Assembly: GCA_020632555.1 (NCBI GenBank) | Contig: JACKFI010000001.1 | Coordinates: 1,750 to 65,749 of the forward strand | DNA from: Candidatus Omnitrophota bacterium | GTDB lineage: Bacteria > Omnitrophota > Gorgyraeia > Zapsychrales > JANLHA01 | Length of the DNA stretch: 64,000 nucleotides | Reading direction: 5' to 3' | Shown: piece after piece, positions 39,201 through 46,284 of the stretch | How the letters are laid out: the number at the start of each line of letters is the position of its first letter | Numbering within the stretch: position 1 is the stretch's first letter | Made by a program: the position numbers and the translations under genes | The notes under the pieces: generated by a model | Told to the model about the DNA's origin: nothing | What the model saw: the letters and a program-made list of their open reading frames with translations, nothing else | Databases searched by the model: none

Positions 39201-40126
39201 GACAAATCATCGACCTCGACACCTGTCACCTTATCCTGTTGAGCATAATTCTTACCCAAAAAACTTTCGCGCAAGTTTTTCTTAAACCATACCGCGAGAA
39301 TTAAAGAATGATACACTTGGCGCAATTGTGCAAAATTTTTTCCCTCGTTAACTTCTCGCTCCAAAGCAGGAATCAAAATTTCCTCAGTAGCATTGCGCGC
39401 AATAATATTCTCGGGACTATCCTCTGCCACAAAACTCTGCGCATCTTTACTCTGGTTCTGATAACGACGGTAATCTTTATCCAACATAACTTTCAAATGT
39501 GTCTGCCCCACAAAAACCTTATCGTCTTGGCGATAAATTCTCGCAACATCCGGGACAATCCAAACACGATTAAACGTGTTAACAGCAATATCAATGGTCC
39601 CGTATTTCTCAACAAGTTCTTGATGAATATTCGCCCAGAATCTTTTTCCGACCTTATCGCCAGGATTAATCAAAGAACTGCTCAATTGCTTCAAAAGATA
39701 ATCTTGCGCCAAAAGCGTCATGCCCATTTGCGTCGAACCAAATCCGTCTGGAATAATCCGAGTCTTCTCATCCGGCGAAAGATTAACCCACATATTTTGA
39801 TCCGGCACAGTCAAAGACGCTAAGAAATATTTAATAAGTTGTTCTGATTGAGTTTTTAACGACGCCTCTGATAAAATCTCATCGCCAGGATCAATAATAA
39901 AATTAAACTTCAACGGATCATCCGGAAAATATTGCAAGCCACGCAAAACCGCTGGCGAATACGAAGGACTTTGATAAACCATCTCCCCCGGCAAGGGCAA
40001 AGCAGCGCTTTGCGCCAAAGCAGGGCTCACCGGCGCCAAGATCATGTTAACGATAAAAGCCAAAAGAATGCCGCTCGCCATAGAACGACGAACGGCAGAT
40101 TTATTTTTTGTATTAAGTTTTTTCAT
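36248..40126 (-). CDS. Very large secreted protein P1 (1292 aa), unknown family; paralog of P2
   Basis: Uninterrupted ORF with a signal-like N-terminus (ILLAFIVNMILAPVSPALAQ). N-terminal ~330 aa align block by block with P2. The C-terminal ~60 aa (GGIDLNP...LPLLLG) is shared with P2 and P3. Contains HEKGH at 37943..37957. Confidence 0.85.
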   Translation of the reverse strand: MKKLNTKNKSAVRRSMASGILLAFIVNMILAPVSPALAQSAALPLPGEMVYQSPSYSPAVLRGLQYFPDDPLKFNFIIDPGDEILSEASLKTQSEQLIKYFLASLTVPDQNMWVNLSPDEKTRIIPDGFGSTQMGMTLLAQDYLLKQLSSSLINPGDKVGKRFWANIHQELVEKYGTIDIAVNTFNRVWIVPDVARIYRQDDKVFVGQTHLKVMLDKDYRRYQNQSKDAQSFVAEDSPENIIARNATEEILIPALEREVNEGKNFAQLRQVYHSLILAVWFKKNLRESFLGKNYAQQDKVTGVEVDDLSLKERIYDDYVQSFEKGIYNIIKEDIDPLTQEMIPKKYFSGGITVTNLQTQLTVAGSAVEVESVQKGKAYQVLTYLGLNRGGKNRGFVAALSTSLLFHLSVMAWWGPQGSETRPIEAAPRLEAVLVGFPDLKKSVEQQAKNSEEQQEVKPLIMRIDGKPLGEGFLDPNDSLSSNLTTEFINPQEGGDPRNPFGLSKEQLKAANHYLLGANGEVVEVLPGQLLSRAMQEVEEERATFRTMTIEEPPPVTYSFAQDSFAPSIAAQPQVEIAFGQDFGMQAVKGLPGTWEVAIANISKMGEMLNRFGVWKEHPGYQGQVVSSQKVDELLTSTGDIDSDRFGKKKDSLFTAYNATANELARFFNQAGNRLTPQEKKFKDFLEKKQVIKNQGGKFVGDKDVNILVHSNDLEQADEHTVREHEKGHALYEHDKQYQQEVLKVKKKLTEEEQQFLKKLLTHMGYHEVSHDREFAEYFTDRDLLLHHLRRIFSDRYDRNQLPEVRTRARELSTDIFREGPSGQFFTDFMKKFLKSTMPDLVKVKSDAQKRASIADAEVKSADMSWLNSNIVPNKETGGPAIGMSVTEAPSFTGSQKEIMAGLKDPSKNISADDQKKAADVLSGFIGKKYNPNDVFVLSYEDFDKSWDVDLVRKEGETPLQEVVDRRLAQVPTSEKNNAQSILKAVGEVLAQKSYALGESLAVQVPVNVQGEAFDMVIQAFGGHDRAWSGREKIKDEAHKTVVFRIDKNGRPNGWRGNLYARQSGTDFSKVFDEALIELNKNARSQGFGGIVPLGESTKVLTLDEIQTKRLNLIEPAYENQRINFLIQINISGKLFDLHVTQSQERGRYETRLAVEIPGKEFEYAQTVGNLGVRHEEAETSRKGFEEAMKLLKPKVEDWLKDQKQNSQLPKAASSSLDVEPPGGIDLNPQNWQLEEQTDRPASSVILFDPETSTVIPFSGITPIIIQTTPVSLPLLLGLSVKQSQNFALAEVY

Positions 40127-40149
40127 AATGAATGAACCGTTAGCTCAAT

Positions 40150-40203
40150 TTTAAAATCCCCCGCTTCGCTGCCCCCTTTAATAAAGGGGGCTTGGGGGTT
40201 TTT
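40150..40203 (-). terminator. Nested GC hairpins followed by a T-rich run, between P2 and P1
   Basis: Minus strand reads AAAAACCCCCaaGCCCCCTTtattAAGGGGGCagcgaagcGGGGGATTTTAAAATT, starting 3 nt after the P2 stop. Confidence 0.55.
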
Positions 40204-40205
40204 GA

Positions 40206-43200
40206 TTAACTTGCGAGATTGGCTGCCAACTCGGCTTCTTTGGCAGGTTCCTTAGGGGCTTGGCCTAAAAAGATTGGCAAAGTCTGCGCGTTAATAGGAA
40301 CGATATTAATAATAATCGGAAACAAACCTTGAATATTAATTTGTTCTAAATTCTGTTGCGGTAAAGGCAGCGGAACACCTTTGCCGTCACGTTTGATTTG
40401 CAAATTCATATTGGTCGGGTCAAAGTCAATACCCCCGACAGGTGCGGAAGCAACCGTTTCATTAGCCGCAACATCCGCAGCTGCAAACTCTGGGAATCGC
40501 TCATCCAAAGCCTCTCGCGCCCATTTCAAAATACGAGAATAATGAAAACCCTCTAATTGATCATTATTTCTCAATGGCAATGGCCTATCACTCCCCTTGA
40601 CCTTGACGGATGTTGCCCACACTTGCAAATCTTTTGGTGATTCTATCGCCCCAAAATAACTTCTGAATAATTCTCTAAGGGCATCTTCTGCCGTCGGGTA
40701 TAGCTCTCCGTATTTAACATAATTAGGCAAATTAACAAAATGGCGCAATAAGCCCAGCGACACATAAAGACCTGCCGTACTAATCCCATATTGACGTACA
40801 AGATCTATATCTTTTTCAGTTGTCTTCTCCGTTGCCAACAAATCAAGATAATCATTTAAATTACGAATTTCCTGATTGTCCGACTCCTGGCCAGTCAGCA
40901 AAGTTAAATCCTGAATATTAATTGTTGCTTTAAACAATCGTTTATTAAGCTTTACAGCTTCAGCCTGACCTCTGGTTCTCATTGCCATTAACATCAACTC
41001 TTTTACTGATAAAACCGTTCCTGGCTGTACCATTCCTAAATTGCTTAACACACGGGATAAACTACGGCGTGATACCTCAAAACGAGGATCATTAGCCCAT
41101 ATTTGATCAACCTTAGCCCATCGCTGAGCAGATAAAACACGTTCAAAACTAATCACAGGATTAAACAGCTGCCCATCTGGATGTTTCATATCCTTTGTGG
41201 AAACAAAATTCCCCTCTCCATCAGGAACTTCAAAAACTCTTACATATCCCAAAAACTGATTAAATAATTGTTCACTATTACGCAAAGCCTCTGCAGACGA
41301 TTCAGCGGCTTGAGCTTCTAGCTCTGACAATAATCCTACCCATAATTGAGGTTCGCCGGGTTCATCGCGAAAATAATACGGAATCTCTTGAAATGTTCCG
41401 CCAATATTTTGTCCTGACCCCAAAGTTGTTAAAAAAGTCCCATCTTCTAAAGGAAAATATACTCGCCGCCCATTGGCAACCTTAAACTTTGCTTTCTCAT
41501 AATAGCGATCTGTCACAGCTATAACTATTTCTTCTTTTAACTCTGAATGAGCGACCACCTCAAGCGCTGTTTTAGTGGACCCAACACGAAAACTAAGATA
41601 TTTTTGCATTAATTCCAGAATCGTCATATTACCAATTTTTTGCTGAACCAAATCCTTATTTGACTCTAAAACTTGCAACTGTCCGACACTGCTGCCTGGC
41701 AAACGTTGCATAAATACTGGCCGTAAAGAACGATCGTTTAATAAGGCATATTTAACTTGAGCAGTAAACAAGTTTAATAACGGCTGATAAAGCTCAAGCC
41801 CACCTGGCTCATTAATACCCGGAAATGTCTCTGTTTGCTTAACGATATAAGCTGTCCATGCCGCCTCCAACTCTACTGGGTTTAAATCCTCGGCTAATTT
41901 CTGCCCCAAAGCGCTGGAGGCGCTTTGATCACCAAAAGTTCCTAACATCCTCCACAAAGCTAAATCTTGAATTGATCCCACAACAGCATCCAACGTATTA
42001 TCTAACGGCTGATGATCCACAAAATAATCCCTGCCCCGATTTATAAATTCTTGCACAACAGTATTAGTATTTGCTAGCCCTCCATCAAGACCCAAATGAA
42101 TACCCACACGCTTCTCATCTTGAGATACAACAGCCAGCAATTCACCATTGGCATTTTTATTAAGATAAAATTGCACCTGGGCTTGCCCCCATTGCTCGGC
42201 TTCTTTTCCAAACTGATTATACTCAGTGAGCAATCGGTTCAACTCGTCTCCCCGATAAACACTCCCTGCTTGATTACGAGCAGTATTATTAGCCCCTCCA
42301 TTCCGTGCTTTTTGTAAAGCATCTTTACGGTCTAATTCCTCAAACTCCTGATAATAAGCCGCCATTCGCTGAATACCATCTTCTGCAAGATCAATCCACT
42401 GGGCGTCGATTGGCAATTGCTGTCTTGCTGTTTGCATCGCACTCTTACGATCTGTTTCTCCTAGAGCCATTAACTGGTCAACAGCTTGATCAAGTCCATG
42501 CCGCGATTGAACTATTTGCTTTTTCTGTAACGGCTCTACAGCCTTATCAACTAATCCCTCATAATACATTTCAACAAGTTCAATATTCTGGCCAGCCGCG
42601 TCTTTTCCGAGAACTGCTTGAACAACAGCCACTTGCGATGCGTCTGCAGGCAAGCCATTTACTGCCCGTAATTCTTCTGCCGCTTGTAAACGCATTTGTT
42701 CGATCAAGTTATCAATGGTGCTGGAGGCGACAGCTTGAGATTGCTGATATTTAGCCATTAACTCTTCTGGAGAAGCTGTAACAAAATTCCCTTCTAAAAT
42801 TGCAAAACCGATTAGTGTGCTTTCATGGCTAAACAGCTTAACTACCGTAAAATCATTTTTGCTGCTATCACGATATAATCTTGCCTCATATTGATTTTTA
42901 TCATCAATGTCGCCAGATTTAATATTATTGCTCCCATTAACACGAAACAAATTCTTTTCTGCAATGGCTCGATTGAGCGCATCTAAAGCGCTGGAAGCGG
43001 CGAATTGCTTTAAAGTCTTCTCTAACAATGGCTTTATGATTTCTCCGGGGATTCCATTCGTAAGATCCAGTGAAGCTAAAATGCCAGACATTTCCTCTTT
43101 CGTAACTCTAAAGTTAGGCTTTATAGCATCAATGGTACTTTGATCCAATGTATCTTGCATAATATCCTCAATGGACCCACCTGGTTGTGCCCACACTTGC

Positions 43201-45323
43201 AAATACATTTCATAGAGGGCCTGCTGCAAAACACTCTGAGCATAAGATCTATCTTGACCACTGAGACTGTTTAAATCCGGTTTTGTTTTTGCTAATTCTG
43301 CAAACAATGCATCCGCTTGGTCAATAACATTATCCCTCGCACTGGATGTTTCTGTTTTAAACTGTGACGAAATTGTTTCTCGTAAATCATTATTGTGCGC
43401 AGCCATTTGTGAAATTTGATCTTCAACAATCTCTTGAGTAAACTTACTCAGCGCATCCCAAATCTCTCCGGCACCAAATTCTAAATACATTTGGGGTGTC
43501 CACTCTGCCAGCAAGGTTAAATTGCTTATATCCGGTCTATATTTATCTAAAAGATTACGGTGCTGATTTATAAATTCTGCCTGTTGCTCTAAAGTCAATA
43601 CGCGTTGGGCTGCTTGAACAACTTCCAATGGAGCTTTAGCATTCCATTGTTCTGGATTTTTAATACGAGAAGCTTCTGGTTCAACTGCCAAGACATCATA
43701 ATATTGCGCGAATTTATCGTATCCATCAGTTAACATTTGCTTTATGTGCTCTATGCCAGCCTCATTGGTTTTATTAACATAATTTGCCAATGTATCAAAA
43801 TACTCCATTATGCTCTTCTGCTCCTGAGCACTACTATGCTTGTACAATAATGATTGCTCGACTTTCATCTTCATATATTCAACACTAATATCTGACAAAC
43901 CATCCCTCAAATTGTACCAATACGCCTCAAATCGTTGATAAACCTTTTCAATCCGGGATTCTTGCAAACGATCAACGGCATTCTCAAAATCCTCAACATT
44001 TTTTTCAAAGTTTTTAACCGTGCTGGAAGAGACGGCAGCAAGTTGATCTGCTTCAGCATTGGGTTCCCCCAACTGAATTGTGGCAGCGTGAATTCCAGAG
44101 CTGGCGGATAATGTTCTTTCTGTTTGTAGTGGAGACCCAGCGATAATTCTTAATACTCCTGCAGTCTGACCTAACATTTCAATCCCGCCTGAGAAATACT
44201 TGCGCGGAATCAGGTCACCAGCTGCGTCAACTTCTTCTTTAATCAAATTGTAAGCACCTTTCTTAAAGGCGGCTAAGTACTGTTCATAAATGTGCTGCTT
44301 CATCTCTTTATCGTCGGTTTCAACACCAGCGACTTTACCTTGATCAGCATACACTTTGCCCAGCAAACTTTCTTTCAAAGCTTTTTTGTACCATGCGGCT
44401 AAAATGACGGAATTATAAATCTGACGCACATCGGCGAAATCTTTGCTTTCGTTGACGGCTTTGTCGATGGCAGGCAAAATGGTTTGGCGGAAGATATTAG
44501 TTGAATTATTAGGGACTAGGGGTTGGGAGTTGGGGGTTAGAGACTGACCGGTGGATGTGTCATTGCGAGCGACCAAAGGAAGCGAAGCAATCTCTGCTTT
44601 CGAGATTGCCGCGTCGCCCTGCGGGCTTCTCGCAATGACAGTGCTTTTTGTGACTGTTTCATAGTCCTCTGCGAGCATAACCTGCAACCGTTTTTCGCCA
44701 ACCAAAACAATGCCATTGCTTTCTAACACTTCGGCTTTGACAGGCATGATCCAAACTTTGTTCAACTGGTTAGGGACTAGAGGCTGGGGGTTAGGGGTTA
44801 GAGAGCGTCTAGCGTCCACTGTCTGCGCAGCATTGACCTGATCCCAATATTTTTTTCCCAAATCTGTTTCGGGATTGGTTAAGGAAGCTGCCATTTGTTT
44901 CAGCACATAATCCTGCTCCAACATGGTCTTGCCCATGGTCGTTTGGCCTAAGACGTCGGGAATAATGCGATCTTTTTCATATGGGGAAAGATTCACCCAA
45001 ACTTCTTTATCGGGAATGGTTAAAGCGGCTAGGAAATATTTGACTAACTTTTCGGTTTCACTTTTGAGTTCTTCACCTGAAAGTTTGGATTGACCTTGAT
45101 CAACAATAAAATCAAATAAAAGCGGGTTTTCAGGATGAACTTTAAGCCCCAGCAAAATAGGCGGTTGGAACCCCGTCGTCAAGGTCACCGGACTGTTGAG
45201 AACTGGTAAGATCTGCGCACCGGCTGGAGCAACAATCAAGGAAGAAATAAAACTCACCAAAATCACACTGCACGTCAATTTTTTATAAAATCTTAAAGAC
45301 CAACGACAAAAAAGACCCTTCAT
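40206..45323 (-). CDS. Very large secreted protein P2 (1705 aa), unknown family; paralog of P1
   Basis: Uninterrupted ORF. AAGGGGGAG RBS before ATG 45323 and a signal-like N-terminus (VILVSFISSLIVAPAGAQ). Shares N- and C-terminal modules with P1. Carries in-frame copies of the Z and W repeats. Confidence 0.85.
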   Translation of the reverse strand: MKGLFCRWSLRFYKKLTCSVILVSFISSLIVAPAGAQILPVLNSPVTLTTGFQPPILLGLKVHPENPLLFDFIVDQGQSKLSGEELKSETEKLVKYFLAALTIPDKEVWVNLSPYEKDRIIPDVLGQTTMGKTMLEQDYVLKQMAASLTNPETDLGKKYWDQVNAAQTVDARRSLTPNPQPLVPNQLNKVWIMPVKAEVLESNGIVLVGEKRLQVMLAEDYETVTKSTVIARSPQGDAAISKAEIASLPLVARNDTSTGQSLTPNSQPLVPNNSTNIFRQTILPAIDKAVNESKDFADVRQIYNSVILAAWYKKALKESLLGKVYADQGKVAGVETDDKEMKQHIYEQYLAAFKKGAYNLIKEEVDAAGDLIPRKYFSGGIEMLGQTAGVLRIIAGSPLQTERTLSASSGIHAATIQLGEPNAEADQLAAVSSSTVKNFEKNVEDFENAVDRLQESRIEKVYQRFEAYWYNLRDGLSDISVEYMKMKVEQSLLYKHSSAQEQKSIMEYFDTLANYVNKTNEAGIEHIKQMLTDGYDKFAQYYDVLAVEPEASRIKNPEQWNAKAPLEVVQAAQRVLTLEQQAEFINQHRNLLDKYRPDISNLTLLAEWTPQMYLEFGAGEIWDALSKFTQEIVEDQISQMAAHNNDLRETISSQFKTETSSARDNVIDQADALFAELAKTKPDLNSLSGQDRSYAQSVLQQALYEMYLQVWAQPGGSIEDIMQDTLDQSTIDAIKPNFRVTKEEMSGILASLDLTNGIPGEIIKPLLEKTLKQFAASSALDALNRAIAEKNLFRVNGSNNIKSGDIDDKNQYEARLYRDSSKNDFTVVKLFSHESTLIGFAILEGNFVTASPEELMAKYQQSQAVASSTIDNLIEQMRLQAAEELRAVNGLPADASQVAVVQAVLGKDAAGQNIELVEMYYEGLVDKAVEPLQKKQIVQSRHGLDQAVDQLMALGETDRKSAMQTARQQLPIDAQWIDLAEDGIQRMAAYYQEFEELDRKDALQKARNGGANNTARNQAGSVYRGDELNRLLTEYNQFGKEAEQWGQAQVQFYLNKNANGELLAVVSQDEKRVGIHLGLDGGLANTNTVVQEFINRGRDYFVDHQPLDNTLDAVVGSIQDLALWRMLGTFGDQSASSALGQKLAEDLNPVELEAAWTAYIVKQTETFPGINEPGGLELYQPLLNLFTAQVKYALLNDRSLRPVFMQRLPGSSVGQLQVLESNKDLVQQKIGNMTILELMQKYLSFRVGSTKTALEVVAHSELKEEIVIAVTDRYYEKAKFKVANGRRVYFPLEDGTFLTTLGSGQNIGGTFQEIPYYFRDEPGEPQLWVGLLSELEAQAAESSAEALRNSEQLFNQFLGYVRVFEVPDGEGNFVSTKDMKHPDGQLFNPVISFERVLSAQRWAKVDQIWANDPRFEVSRRSLSRVLSNLGMVQPGTVLSVKELMLMAMRTRGQAEAVKLNKRLFKATINIQDLTLLTGQESDNQEIRNLNDYLDLLATEKTTEKDIDLVRQYGISTAGLYVSLGLLRHFVNLPNYVKYGELYPTAEDALRELFRSYFGAIESPKDLQVWATSVKVKGSDRPLPLRNNDQLEGFHYSRILKWAREALDERFPEFAAADVAANETVASAPVGGIDFDPTNMNLQIKRDGKGVPLPLPQQNLEQINIQGLFPIIINIVPINAQTLPIFLGQAPKEPAKEAELAANLAS
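44509..44546. repeat. W repeat copy inside the P2 coding sequence (encodes SLTPNSQPLVPN)
   Basis: TTAGGGACTAGGGGTTGGGAGTTGGGGGTTAGAGACTG, a direct repeat of 44770..44807 located 261 nt (87 codons) away. Confidence 0.8.
44558..44640. repeat. Z element copy 2, in frame inside P2 (encodes TVIARSPQGDAAISKAEIASLPLVARND)
   Basis: It has the same termini (TGTCATTGCGA / TCGCAATGACA) and inner GCAATCT...AGATTGC hairpin as the intergenic copies. The frame check (45323-44639 divisible by 3) confirms the reading frame continues through it. Confidence 0.85.
44770..44817. repeat. W repeat copy inside the P2 coding sequence (encodes SLTPNPQPLVPN)
   Basis: TTAGGGACTAGAGGCTGGGGGTTAGGGGTTAGAGAGCGTCTAGCGTCC. 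The CGTCTAGCGTC tail also occurs at 10319..10332. Confidence 0.8.
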
Positions 45324-45465
45324 AAGGTTTTTTCTCCCCCTTACATGTTAAACACAATAAGTTTTGTCAAATTAAAATAAAAACACGCGGGAAATACAGA
45401 TAAGATACACAACCAGAATATACAAGAAAACCTCTTAAAAAGCAAACTTTCTTTTCTACAAATTT

Positions 45466-45945
45466 CTACAACGGGCGTTCAATCTTAAGGATTTTATAAT
45501 GAAGAATTCCGGCAGGAACCTTGATTTCAACAGCTTCGCCAACTTTATGGCCCAATAAACCCTTGCCGATTGGAGAGAAAATAGATACCTTATTCTCTTC
45601 ATAACTAGCTTCTTCGGGAGAAACCATTAAATATTTCATTTGTTCGCCAGACTTAACGTCTTTCAAAGAAACCAAAGCGCCAATCAAAACTTTATCGGAC
45701 GCAATATTTTGATCTTCAATAATGCGAACATTGGCTAGTTTTCCTTCCAGTTCCGCAATCCGTTGTTCACAATGCGCTTGCGCGTCTTTAGCCGCATCAT
45801 ATTCAGCATTCTCCGAAATATCACCCATCAGCCGAGCCTCGCCAATCGCTTTCGAAATACGATAACGCTCAGTGGTTTTTAACTGCTCTAAATCTAAACG
45901 TAATTTTTCAAAACCAGCACGCGTCAGATAAACTTCTTGTCCCAT
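45466..45945 (-). CDS. greA: Transcription elongation factor GreA
   Basis: 159 aa with an N-terminal coiled coil carrying the acidic tip (DISENAEYDAAKD) and a GreA C-terminal domain. Confidence 0.9.
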   Translation of the reverse strand: MGQEVYLTRAGFEKLRLDLEQLKTTERYRISKAIGEARLMGDISENAEYDAAKDAQAHCEQRIAELEGKLANVRIIEDQNIASDKVLIGALVSLKDVKSGEQMKYLMVSPEEASYEENKVSIFSPIGKGLLGHKVGEAVEIKVPAGILHYKILKIERPL

Positions 45946-45986
45946 AACAACTCCTTACAAATTATGTATATTCAAACATTTTCATC

Positions 45987-46284
45987 CCCCGCGCGGGGAG
46001 AGTTAGGGTGGGGCAGTTAAATTTCACCCTCCCCTAACCCCTCCCATCAAGGGAGGGGAATTGATACTGTGGCGCTTGCAGCACCACAGTATTTCGCCTC
46101 GCGCGTGGAACTTATACTGTGGTGGCTACGCCAAAAACCAATAGGGAATTCATACTGTGGCGCTTGCAGCACCACAGTATTTCGCCTCGCGTAAAGAAGC
46201 AAAACTAGTGGAACTTATACTGTGGTGGCTGCGCCGCCACAGTATTCACTCGCAGGTAAGGAAGCAAAATCAAGACCTGCGAGT
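45987..46284. repeat. Dense array of palindromes/hairpins (REP/BIME-like), not CRISPR
   Basis: CCCCGCGCGGGG (45987..45998); CCCCTCCC-atcaa-GGGAGGGG (46038..46058); ATACTGTGGCGCTTGCAGCACCACAGTAT at 46064..46092 and 46152..46180; ATACTGTGGTGGCT half-copy at 46114..46127; full ATACTGTGGTGGCTGCGCCGCCACAGTAT at 46217..46245; ACTCGCAGG...CCTGCGAGT at 46248..46284. Confidence 0.85.

Noticed and set aside
40127-40205. Small ORF or ncRNA in the P2-P1 spacer
   Set aside because: The sequence is fully explained by nested CCCCC/GGGGG hairpins followed by a T-rich run, which is terminator-like. It is only 79 nt.
36248-45323. P1 and P2 as Rhs/YD-repeat, CdiA/FHA, RTX or autotransporter proteins
   Set aside because: I see no YD repeats, no FHA-type or GGXGXD nonapeptide repeats, no VENN/PT-HINT-like demarcation, and no C-terminal region long enough for a beta-barrel. 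Any resemblance to polymorphic-toxin loci is limited to the layout of the displaced fragment.
46064-46245. LexA/SOS boxes (TACTGT...ACAGTA half-sites)
   Set aside because: The half-sites match the E. coli-type SOS box, but the spacer is 15-17 nt rather than 8. The region upstream of dinB (13503..13563) has no such box, and no lexA gene is present in the window.
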